Below, piece by piece: positions 32,301 through 43,900 of a DNA stretch of 64,000 nt. Origin of the DNA: Zygnema circumcarinatum SAG 698-1b. Lineage: Eukaryota; Plantae; Zygnematophyceae. Position numbers and translations under genes: made by a program. The DNA lies in contig CM074821.1 of assembly GCA_037447605.1 (NCBI GenBank), positions 1,984,001-2,048,000 of the forward strand, written 5' to 3'. Positions within the stretch are counted from its first letter, which is position 1. Each line of letters begins with the position of its first letter. Below the pieces are notes generated by a model that made no database searches, was not told where the DNA came from, and saw only the letters and a program-made list of their open reading frames with translations.

Positions 32301-35300
32301 TCATTTCTGAAAGTTTGTGGCTCTCCTTCCCGAATGTTTGGAAGCTACTACGTGTGTTAGTGGATTGAAGCTGGCTATTCTGCACTTGGCTACGGTGCTA
32401 CGGTAGTGCTGAATCCAGTGATTTTCAAGTTTTTTACTTTTCTCTTCATGGCATTGTTGAGAACGCGATTCAAGTTCACAATGGCTGAGTCTGTGACGTT
32501 TGGAAGGTCGATCGATGGATGGTGGGTGTTACTTTGATGTACTGTCCTCCATAGTTGGATCCTTTGTTGGATTTTGCGTGACTGAGGATTGGCTTTCTAT
32601 GGTTTTGGTTGAAACAGAGGGGAAATTGATAACACCGCGCTATGTTGTCGACACAAGAGTTTTCCGCCCAAAAACGTTGTGATAGCCAAGCGGATCTCAG
32701 AAGCTGCTTGGAATCAGCTTCACTCGCAGGTGAGATCATGCGCTGAAGTCTACAGTAGAGCACTGTTTGCATGTTGGCTTTACACTGTAATAAGCTAGTG
32801 AGTCCTTCAATAGACATGGCCAAAAGAGAAACATTTTTTTCACTGTTCATTAGCAACCTTTGGTGTTGTGTAGAAACAGTTTGTCCACATTTTTTCTGAC
32901 TGTTATGCTGCAATTTGATACATTCTGCCAGATGTAGATTTTTTTTCTTCGGATAAGCTTAGGGGCTTAGAAGTTTTGAGAACATCACCTGATACGAATG
33001 TGATGAACATGCTCCAACGGATGAAGTTCGCAAAGCTTCAGTTACTTTATTGCAAAACTTGGGTTACCCTTAATTTTGGCCGTGCTATACGACCGCTTGT
33101 TTCACGAGCATCTGTTAACCGGCCGGACTGGTCAACGAAGTGCCCGTCAATTGCATGGAGGCCAGGTTCATAGTTCAGAACAAGTTTATTCTGGATGTAA
33201 ATGGTTTTTGGGGTATTGGACTCTTGTTCTAAGTGGGCAATAGTATAGGCGAGATTGATATCACTGAGATGTGCTCTATGGTGGTCCTATCAACTGAAAG
33301 GTACATATAGGATTATGCTTGTCTCGTGCAATGAGGCAATTAAGCTCTGTGCTAGTAAAGAATGATGGTCATACGAGTAACCCAATGCAGTGACGTGCCG
33401 TTGGTTATAACAGTAGCACGTTGGTTACAACAGTAACATAGATTACAGAAAGCATTGCCCCACTTTGAAAACAGTTGTCCAGGGTCAAACATACAGCAGT
33501 TCTCATGTGGCCTTTGAAAAGTGACTGTTAAAGCAAAGTATTGTATTCAATGGACAAGGTTGTTGAGTGTGGATAGCTGAATGTACTGGGTTTTGGGGGG
33601 GGCAGTATGCAGGGGGACCGGTGTTGAGCATGGATAGCTGCTGTGTAGATTGCACCCTTGAGGATGCCAACAGTGCGCTTTCTGCTGACTACTTCAGAGA
33701 TGAGCGTTCTGCAATTCGGCATCAACTGGAGAGGAACCTAGCGGGCCTTGCTTTGGATGGCATGCAATACTTATGCTCAAAAAATTGGTGAGGACGGATA
33801 AAGGCTAGTTTGAAGGAGTTGCTTATCAGCTGTGGCTAATAGAGATGGGCTTGGCCTGTCATTCGCCCGCCTCTTTCTGGCGGGATTTACTGTGCTTCCT
33901 GAACAGTGTAGTTTATTGGAGTTGCAGAGTCAAATGTGTATTGTCTTGGCCATTGCTTCGTAGTGCAGCTTAATGATGGACGAGAACATGGCGCTGCGTG
34001 AGGTAAAGAAGTTGCTGGAGATTTGGCTATCGCTTGTGCGAATCATTTGTTTTTTTTTTTTTTTGAAGGAGCCTGTCTTGAATTTTTAATCACAAAATTA
34101 TTTGATTCTAAGCAATGAACATAAATGCGTCTTCAAACCTGAGTTGTTTGGTTGTTTCAGCTGCTCGACTCCCTTTTGGATGCTACATAACTTCTGTGGT
34201 TGTTTCAATCTGTTCTTTGGCACTTTCCTTCTGTATTCTTCATGTGCATTCGCTCTAGGTCCCTTCCATGGCTTTCAAAAATCCGTCGAGGCCACAATAA
34301 AAAACGCAAACGTCACAATCCTACTTCGCTGACAAGGGGAGCTGAGTTGCCCCCACCTGCGCACAGAGCAGATTCTCGTTTATGCTCATTCTTCTACTGG
34401 CTGTTTACTCAATTGCGCCATTTCAGGGTGAACCAGTGGCTTCGACGAAAGAATGTTGACGGCGTTGGCAGCGTGGACGCGGGTCCCACTGCCGCCCTGC
34501 GCTGCCCTCACGGCGATCTGCTTCCGGAGCAGGCGCCCGGTGCCCGGCGGATGGTGGTCAGCGAATGTGTATGGGAGTATTTCGCACGCAGGGCAGCTGA
34601 GGTGGCAGGGGCTGATTCGCAGGACAGAATGGAGTTTCCCCTTGGTACTGACGACTGTCCCATCTGCGATAAAGAGCTCTCATCAGAAGTCTCTAAGCGG
34701 CAGGGCTTGAGGTGTGTTCTTGTTTCGTTGCGGGCTTCTCTACTGATTTTTTGTTCTTTAAAAGTGCAAGTTGAGCTCACACATCCTCCAGGTCTGTGTC
34801 CAGTCATATTGTTCGAATTAGACAACACAGTATTGTTCATGCACGCAGGTTGTCTGAGCATAACGAGAAAACAGTAATTTGCACGTTAGCCGCTCATTCG
34901 TGTTTAGGATCATAAATTTTCTACCTAGTGCTGTGAATTATTGTGAACATTGTGTGCCGTACATGTCCTGTTGCCACCCGCCTCGTTTCACACGGGAGCC
35001 TTGCATTACTTCTGTGCATAAAGTCTCTGCTGCTGTCTCCTTGCAGTCAACAGCACACAATGGAATACTAGAAGCTGGCTGAAAATATGTGATTGTAAGA
35101 GTGGGGCATGATATTATCAACGAGGAATCATTAACTGCTGTGCTTTTGTGATTCATGGTACCTCAACTGTGATCGAATCAGAATTCGTCAGTTTAGGTAT
35201 ATCATGTTTTGTTCAATACAAAGTCAACGTTAGAAAAGTTTATTTCGCAAGCCTTTATACCTAGTTATGGGACAATTGAGGTCGAAGCAATGAATTGCCA

Positions 35301-38300
35301 AGTAGTATCTTGAGATCTAATTTCAGGAACGCACAGCTAAATGTGTGTTGATGGAATTTTGCGCATGATAGACATGATCAGGCATGGTCTAGACTCTTTT
35401 CTGCTATTGTGTTTGCAGCTAACTGCTTATCAGGTGTTAACACTGGTTTGAGATTTGTGACTCTGCCCGAACTCATGAAATATCTCTGCAACTTTTTTTC
35501 ATTTTGACAGGGCAACAAAAATGGAACAGAAACAGCGTCATGAGTCTCTATTTCTGGGTCGTCCTACTCCTCTCCTTCCAGGGGAGCAGTATCATCTTGT
35601 CCCCTGCCATTGGCTGAACTCTTGGCGAGCCTACATAACTGCAACCAGTGGGAAGAATGTTTCTTCATTTCCTGCGCCTACAGGCTTATGGGATGCACTG
35701 CATGCCTCATGCTGTCCCGAGGTGAGTTAATGCAACTTTACCTTCTTCCTCGGTCTATTTAAGGCAGTCAAATACCACAGAATGCAGTTGAACAGATAGG
35801 GTTTTGTCTGTCGTCAAGTCTTATCTTTCCTTGAGATATTTGCTCAATTTTTTTGTAATATCATCGGCAGCTGCAGTGAACTTGCCATTTGAAGTTGGAA
35901 TGCAAAAAAATATTTGCAGAGAGTTTTATTTATCTCATTTTCGTAGTTCATTGCGGGAGGCGGGTTTCATGCTAACAGCATCATGGGCTACTGTGGAGGC
36001 CTCCGGAGCTGATTTTTAAACGTAATGAAATTGTCCAGAGGAGCATACAGGTAGCTGTTGCTTTTGGTGCACCCTGATCGTCACAAACTACATTCGTTGT
36101 GTTTCATTATTGCAAGGTGTGTGAGCGTATGTTCCAGGCTGAACTAGCTTTGAAGCCATAACTCAAGATTGCCATGTTGTCCATGCGGTTGTCTTGCTCT
36201 TGCGTCGGATGCCTAATCAAGGTAAACATCCATCGAGTAGGTAGCACACAGTAGAGATGCTCAAATTGGATCAGTGGGATTCGTCTAATAGTAGCTTGCA
36301 ACTGCTTTCACTCCAGTGGATGAAGAATAGTGCACTTCTAGAGAGCTATCCTGTTAGCTCTGTATTTTTCTTCGCAAAACTTCTCATCCAGTTTGTTTAT
36401 CAATGAACCTTACAATTGCAACTCTCAGAGGGATTGTCGTTTTCTGTCCTTTGTCCACAGTCTGCTATTTGTTAGGCACGTGGGTCTGAAAAGAAAAGTA
36501 TCAGTGTTGTTCCTACCGTTACCAAAAACGTCTGTCTCAATCATCGCGAACAAGGCTAGACACTATCAGAAGTTTGCGAGCCAAAAATTAGATTAAATGA
36601 GCTTCTTAATTAAGAGAAGGCGATTGGTTAGCATTAAGTTCATTGGGGCGTCCACTTGGTCTGCGTGCAACTGTCTCGGTAAGGTAGGAGCATCTTGTGT
36701 GCTAGTCTTGCTTGGAGCTGATGGGATTCAGACTTCTTGTGTGGTTTCCTTGTGGCAGGATGACTATTTCACTCTTGTGCGCACAGTGGACTGGGAAGGG
36801 CTGTGTGAGGAGTGGGACGAGCAGCAGGACAAGTCGTTCGTGGCTCATTTGGCAGGTTCCGACGGTGGGAGAGCTGCTGCAGGCTGCCTGTTTTGCCTGA
36901 CGGACATTGAAGAATCTAACGGCAAGGAAAGGTTGATTGATTATGAACTACAAGAGTTCAAGGCCAATAGCGGTAGTGCTTGTACAGAAAGGCGTGACAC
37001 TGCCGCCCTTGTCAAGGTTCCTCAACTCATAACTCATCCGGAGGTGAGTTTTCTCGTTTCCTGCGTGAGGTTGAGGCTTCGTTGCAATTGGCCTTCTGCC
37101 ACAGTGAATATGAGGTTGCAGGAACATCCTCAGTGTGGTGCCTGTGTACCTCTCTTGTTACTTAAGCTGATAGACGATGGCGCAAGTAAGAAATAACTAG
37201 TTTGCGCCTGATGTTTGTACACTGGCATCCTGGATAGCGTTCAGAATTATCATTGACGCGTGGACGGATGGGTGTTGATGTATTCTCAACCTACTCAAGG
37301 ATGATGTATGCCATGCTGTTCACTTTGAGATGCATTTACTATGTGGACCGTGTATGAAGTAAGAGGATCCGCCATGATTTGTGATTGCCTATTTTTGTTA
37401 TCCCGTAATTGCTACTATTGGTAACTACGAATTGGTTAAGCATGGAGGTAACTCAGCAATGTATGGGCACTAGGGTAGAAGGAGGCAGGAGTGTTTAGGA
37501 CTTAATAAGCAGAAGAATGGCAGGTGTTGTCATCATGTGGAATTAATGAAGTGCGTCATGTCCAACAACAACTGTAGCTGTACTCTTGCATTCATGAGGA
37601 TAGAATTCTATCTAGTTTATGTTGCATATATATGTATATGGTGTTAGCAATCTCGTGGAGAAGACGGATTCTCGACTCCTTGTCCAGACGACAAGCACTT
37701 AAGAGTTGATTAAACGCCCAGTCATTTGATGCTGTGTATACCACTCGAGGCACCTGATAGTGGTAAAGGTGGATAGAAGTAGCCTGGGCAAATTGACGGG
37801 AGTATTGTAAATGGGCAACGTAGTTATTCATTTTATACCCATTTCAATTGTCAAGGGGGTCGTTTCAATGCAGGTGTGCTTGCCCTGCATGTCACAGCGT
37901 GAATCCCAGGAATTGGCTCAGCTGCTCGACTACACCAATGGGGAGATTACGATAGAGTTGGCAAAGGGCAAAGAACCACCTCCTTCGGTAGTCGCGGCTT
38001 CAGGAGTAGCGCATGACAAAGAGCGCAGGTCCAAGCGAGTGAGAAAAGCTTCAGCCATGACTGGTGGAAGAATCGTGCTTAACGTTTCAGGGGAGACAAC
38101 GGTTTATGCGTTGAAGATGCAGATTTGGGAAGCGTTCAATGTAAGTCGATAGCTCTGAGGCCCTCCTTTGAACTCGTCACTTGCAGTTGGGACTATATTT
38201 TGAGTGTAGAGTTCAAACAGCTAGGGTGGCAGCCTACGCAATTGTATGGAAAAGGCAGGTATGGAAGGAAAGAGGAGAAACAGCCTTGGAAGGAAATCCT

Positions 38301-39108
38301 GAAGCTTCTCCAGTCGACAGAAAGATTAGGCTGATGCTCTTTGCTCCGTTTAGACCGTGTTTTGGAGTTCTAAGCCCCAATGCTTAGGTTTGCAGGTGAT
38401 ACGAGAAAACCAGCGACTGGGTTGTGGCGAAATGGAGCTGGGGGACGAAAATGCTCGGCTGGCAGACCTCAACATTTTGCCGGGCTCTCGTTTGTGGGTG
38501 GTGGATACGGGCCAGCACGAGCAGAGGGATATTGCCGGTTGGTTATCTGCATTCACGACCCTCTTCACGCAGCTAGGCTGATATCGTTGAGATATCATAT
38601 GGGTGATCTGCATTAGCAAGATCTAAGATGCTGGTGTGCCTTCGCACACAGACAAGCGCAATCCCAGATGGTTTGGTTCTTGAACCATGGTTTATTTGCC
38701 TGTCCAACAGATGACCTTGCAACCCTGGAAGAAACCACTGCAAACCCGGAGGAAGGCTTCAAAGGCACGGGACTCGTTGGAGGATTGGGCACCTCATTGA
38801 AAGCCAGAGAAGAGGCGCACAAGGAGAGCACCTTAGAGAAGGACAGCCGGGGCTCTGATGACGATGGTGCGATGACTCGCGACTTAGAGAGGGCATCGAC
38901 TGGGAAGGTTGCGATCTTGGATGCGCACGCAGGCGGCGATGTGCCGGTTGGCACTTGGGGACCGGACCACGTGGATCGTAATCCAGAAAATCCCGAAGAA
39001 CTGGGTTTGGGTTTGGATAAAGACGGAAACAGGACGGGCTCAGCACAGGACGAAGCAAACTCAATATTAAAGGCTAGAGGGGCAGACGTCCTCGTGGTCG
39101 GCCGATAG
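29305..39108 (+). CDS. UBP26: Multi-exon ubiquitin C-terminal hydrolase 26 (USP48 ortholog: USP, three DUSP, ubiquitin-like domain)
   Basis: Probable start MATMKRG (29305 or 29314). [18 protein letters not shown]; [21 protein letters not shown]; QQDGQEF; [14 protein letters not shown]; WWQFDDE; [16 protein letters not shown]; [12 protein letters not shown]; [11 protein letters not shown]; EEGFKGT. Small exons at ~32619-32728, ~33607-33788 and ~35979-36050 were found by hand. Confidence 0.95.
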
Positions 39109-39385
39109 ATGCAAATAGCACACAACAAATGGTCGGTCCTCGTGCATTACAGGGGGCGTCCTTTGAAGATTTCAGGCCATATGAAGGCGTTGTATATGCA
39201 GAGCATCACAATATAGGATTTTGTGATTTTTGATTTTTTGATTCCCTGCCTGTCGAGTTTGCTCCTATCGGAAGAGCCAGGTGGGTTATGGACTCTCTTC
39301 CAGGCCGTCAACTCCCGGTGCTCTCAAAAGCTTTTGGGAGGCAGAGCGTGAGGCATGCGCGGCTCTCGCGCGTTGTTGTGGGACA

Positions 39386-40012
39386 CTCTCCCTCCCTCCC
39401 TCCCCTCCCCTCCCCCTCCCCCTCCCCCTCCCCCTCCCCCTCCCCCTCCCCCTCCCCCTCCCCCCTCCCCCTCCCCCTCCCCCTCCCCCTCCCCCTCCCC
39501 CTCCCCCTCCCCCTCCCCCTCCCCCTCCCCTCTCCCTCCCCTCCCCCTCCCCCTCCCCCTCCCCCTCCCCCTCCCCCTCCCCCTCCCCCTCCCCCTCCCC
39601 TCCCCTCCCCTCCCCCTCCCCCTCCCCCTCCCCCTCCCCCTCCCCCTCCCCCTCCCCCTCCCCCTCCCCCTCCCCCTCCCCCTCCCCCTCCCCCTCCCCC
39701 TCCCCCTCCCCCTCCCCCTCCCCCTCCCCCTCCCCCTCCCCCTCCCCCTCCCCCTCCCCCTCCCCCCTCCCCCTCCCCCTCCCCCTCCCCCTCCCCCTCC
39801 CCCTCCCCCTCCCCCTCCCCCTCCCCCTCCCCCTCCCCCTCCCCCTCCCCCTCCCCTCCCCTCCCCCTCCCCCTCCCCTCCCCTCCCCCTCCCCCTCCCC
39901 CTCCCCCTCCCCCTCCCCCTCCCCCTCCCCCTCCCCCTCCCCCTCCCCCTCCCCCTCCCCCTCCCCCTCCCCCTCCCCCTCCCCCTCCCCCTCCCCCTCC
40001 CCCTCCCCCCTC
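39386..40012. repeat. ~625-bp (CCCCCT)n microsatellite with occasional 5- and 7-mer units
   Basis: Directly visible pure C/T tract. Confidence 0.97.
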
Positions 40013-40965
40013 AAGTCTCTGCAACTTAGACTCAATTTGGAAGGTCCCTAAGTCTCATTGAACGATTTGTACATCTGAGGAAGGATCACTTGAAAATACA
40101 AACATAAAATGAAAACACCACATCATACGTAGAGAGAGTAAACTTGCCAGCCTTCTGGAGTACCGGTTGCGCATTCCAAAAAAAACGACAGTAACTCTAC
40201 GCATGCAATCGAGTTGCTGTTGTTTGTGTGTTATATTTGTCATTTAGCCACACCTAAGTCCCTAAGTCCCACACCTAAGTGTCGACAATTAGTTTCGAAC
40301 TTCTTCTCTTGCCGGCGCGGGTGTATGCGTTGGTTGGTGGCCTTTCTTCGCTTTCTTCAATTGTGACCTGCATTTGCATTTTCTTTACCTTTCTACGATG
40401 ACACCTGCATTTGCATTTTTTTTAGCTTTCTACAATGACCTTCATTTGGAGAATGAGAAAATGAAGATAAGGAGACTTCTAACTGTGCACGGAGTATCGT
40501 TATACCGAACGTTGGTACGGGACGATGCATTCTCAGCACAGCATCGCAACGCAGGAGCGATGAGGGGTGAACTGCAACTGCAACTGCGACTGCAACTCAA
40601 CGGGGTTTTTAGGGTGCGTAAAAGCGTACGGCTGCGCGCCACTGGGGGCCACGGGTGGCTGCCGCCCGGGGAGGGAAATACTGACTTTTCTGACTGACTG
40701 ACTGACCGACTAACTGGTTCTCACTAGCTGACTGACGGACGAAGCGAGGTAAAGCGGAAGCGGATAGCAAAAAGCGGTCGGCAGGCGAAGTGGGGCGGGG
40801 AGGCGAGGAGGTTCAGAGGCGCCTCTCCCACTTTCTCTCCCTCCATTCCTCCTCTCCCTCCCTCCCTCCTGCCCGCCCGCCCGCCCCCTTGCAGGCTGCT
40901 TCTTCTGCTTCTGCTCAGCGGCCGGCGAGTGCCGCGTGGCGGGCCTCCCTCGCTGAGAGCTCGCC

Positions 40966-43900
40966 ATGCTCTCGCGCCTCCTCTGCTCCGGCGTGCCGCT
41001 CCCTCCTCCTCCTTCACCCTCCGCGTCTCTCGGCGGCCCTGCCGACACCTCGACTTCGAATCTCGCTCCCACTTTTAGGCCCGACCTCAGATTTTGGAGG
41101 ACTGACAGACACTCTCATTTCACCGGTTTGGGACGGCCGGGTTCACGTCAATCCTTTTGCGCAATTCAACAATTCAGTGTCCGCAGTGCCAAAACTCTTA
41201 TTGTTGCTTCTTCTTCGCAAAATGGCAGCGATGAATGTAGCTGCAGCTGCAGCCGTGACTCGAGAAAGATTTGTCAAACGTCTTGCAGGGCGCAGGAGGA
41301 TTCGGAGCCTCCTTTGGCTAAGAAAGGAGGGCCACAGTCTGCCCCTGGAACGCACGCGGGAAAGTTAGGAAGCAAAATTCTTCTTGCAGTTGCTCTCGCA
41401 TTGGGATTTGTAGTCGCAAATGCCAGCGCTCCTCGCAGGAGCTTAGCTGTAGCATCGCCTCCTGCCACAGCTGTAGAGCTGGAAGTGGATTCTCCAGTCT
41501 TCAACAAGGAGAAGCGGTCAATTGAATTCAGCACCTCTGTTGCCACAGTTGAGGCTGAGGTAGAGAGAATCCAACGGGATCTTTCAGAAACTAGAATGCG
41601 ACTTGCAAGGCAACAGGACGAGCTTATTCGCAATGCAGACAAGAGGCATGAGCAACTGCTCGAAGAAATTGCCAGCCTCACTGCTGAGGTAGAGGCTTGT
41701 CAGCAACAGGTAGCTGCTCGGAAATCAGAAACGGATGCTGCCAAAGCCTCTCAGAAACCAAAAGAGATTCGCCGGGCACTTGACGCAAAGTTGAAACTTG
41801 TAAAATCCAGCGAACAACAAGCACGCACGAGGCTGGCTGAAGCGCGAGAAAAGATATTGGCACTCGAGTCTCAGACAGCTCGGCGAGCTTTTAAGGAACT
41901 TCCGGCAGAGATAGCTGCAGAACGGAAGCAATTGCAGGAAGCTCTGATGAAACTGAGCTCTGAACAGCATGCTTCTGAAGTGACACGTCAGCGCCTTGTG
42001 CAGGAGCTTGTTGCTGTGAAAGATGCTCAAAGTCTGGCATCTGCATTTCAGAGAGAGGACAGAGCAGGCTTAAATGTGGTGTCAGACGCGCAGGTAAAGC
42101 AGCAGGTAAGAAGCAGGCAGGAACAGCTACCCGAAGACCAAGAGGAAGTTTTGGTGACATGGAAAGGTCTTCCTGGGCTGGCCCCGGGACAGAAAGCACA
42201 GGTTCTTCGGACTGCTGCGTCCAAGGTTGCACAGGGCATGCCGGCTGTACGGACGCAGAGTGTGAGCAGCTCAGGCGAGATCAGTCAGCTGCCCAACGGG
42301 CCTGAAATGGAAAAGGCTCTGGGATGGCTCAAATGGGCGCAATTGGAGAGGCAAAAGTTGAAGAAACGGCTCCTTGCAAATCCAGAGTTGGCCAGACAGT
42401 ATGTGGCAGAAAAACAGGTTTGGAAGCTAACAACACCTTTGGGTTTGTGCCAAACCCAGCACACAGCACACAGCAGTATTTTGACGCGGTTGACTTACTT
42501 CATCTAATTATTCACATTGCCATTAAGGATTGCTTTACTTCGAACGTTTCAGGAGCACATTGTTCTGAATTCTTGCTTACATTTTAATTGAACATTTTGA
42601 CTTTTCAAAGTACTTCTCTTCTCTGACTGATTAGCAAACGTTGGAATGGATGGCAGGCTGTAGTCTTGGCGGCTCGGGACCGAGTGATGGCTGAGACATG
42701 GCTAGATACCAAGGCCAAGCGTTGGGAGATGTCTTCGAAAGCTGCCTTGGACGCTTTGGAGCACCGCCTCTTAGCTGAGGTCTGCATGCGGCAAGATAAG
42801 CTTGCAATGTGGATAAAGCTGAAAGCTGATACACGTTATTTCTTTGTCGACCTAAAACCAATAGCAGCGGCGCTTCAGGATGCAGGCGGCACCGAACTTT
42901 TAGCCCTGCAGATGCGTGCCATGGGTGTACCGACCACTGTTGAGCTCATGTGGATACCGTTTCGGGACTGGAATCCATCGGTTCTGATTCAGCTTCCAGG
43001 GAGGGTAGCTTGGTGGGGCCTGAAAGAACTTTGGAATTTACCACAAGTGCAGCAAGTCTGGCCCTGGTACCGCAAGATAACTCAGGGGGCTGCCGAAGAG
43101 ATATTTCTGCGTTTCATCTTTCCAATCATGCCACATCCAGTAAGGGTGCTTGTGGGCTTGGAGTACTCTAGCAGTGGTGAGGTGACTGAAAGCTTCATGG
43201 CTATCATGAGCTGGCTCGCAGAGGCAGAAAGACGTCTAGCAGTTCGGAATGCGGAGAGTCAGTGGCCTTGGTGGATCACACTACCTATTCGTTCTGCAGT
43301 AGGTGGATACCCACTTTACTACGTGGTGCTCCCTCCCCTGCGTTTTTTACTTCGTCAACTGTTGCCCGTTCCAATCAAGGACAATGAAACAAAATACAAG
43401 CAGAAATTGAAATGGAGGTTTATCGAGTACTGGGTCAACAATCAAGTGGACAATTCGAAGGAGGATGACCCTATTCGACGGGCATTTGATAACCTGAAGG
43501 TGCTGTGCCTCGTCTGCAGCTAAAGCCAAGCCATGCATAAGTTTTACATCTGGGAAAGTCGAGAGTAATTTTTTGGCCTTTTGAACTCCGAGTAGATCCT
43601 TATCTAGTTTTGAGAGAACCCTAATCATAGACGTTATTCTTGGGTCGGACAGGAATATAAAATACCTGACTAAAATCCTTGCCGTATTCAGTTCAACGAT
43701 TTGCACGATTTGCTATTGCCGTGCTGGAAGCATGCTATATTCTCAAAGTAGTCTTTTCCCTCGTGTCGTCCCTACTTAGAGAAAAGCCATTTCGTCATTT
43801 TATGCCTTTGTCAGCATGCTCCTGCCAGTATTCACTGTTCATGCGAAATTAAGTATTAAAGTTGTCAGTTTTGGTTTGGGATGAGCGTCATGCGTGCAGC

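Noticed and set aside
32476-32913. 145-aa minus-strand ORF in a UBP26 intron region
   Set aside because: Shadow of the real UBP26 exon [12 protein letters not shown]...[15 protein letters not shown] on the + strand.
37560-37830. Protein-like stretch in a UBP26 intron
   Set aside because: Short, stop-interrupted and motif-free; indistinguishable from chance.
17899-39108. UBP14 and UBP26 as a tandem duplication
   Set aside because: Different USP subfamilies with different domain architectures; the proximity is not a recent duplication.
39281-40061. Extensin-like poly-Pro/SP and poly-Gly ORFs
   Set aside because: Translations of (CCCCCT)n; no signal peptide or coherent gene structure.
40442-40642. 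Minus-strand 66-aa ORF MARSRTLLRTLK with transit-peptide-like composition
   Set aside because: No convincing downstream exons or homology; includes a CTGCAA repeat. Cannot be supported without RNA data.
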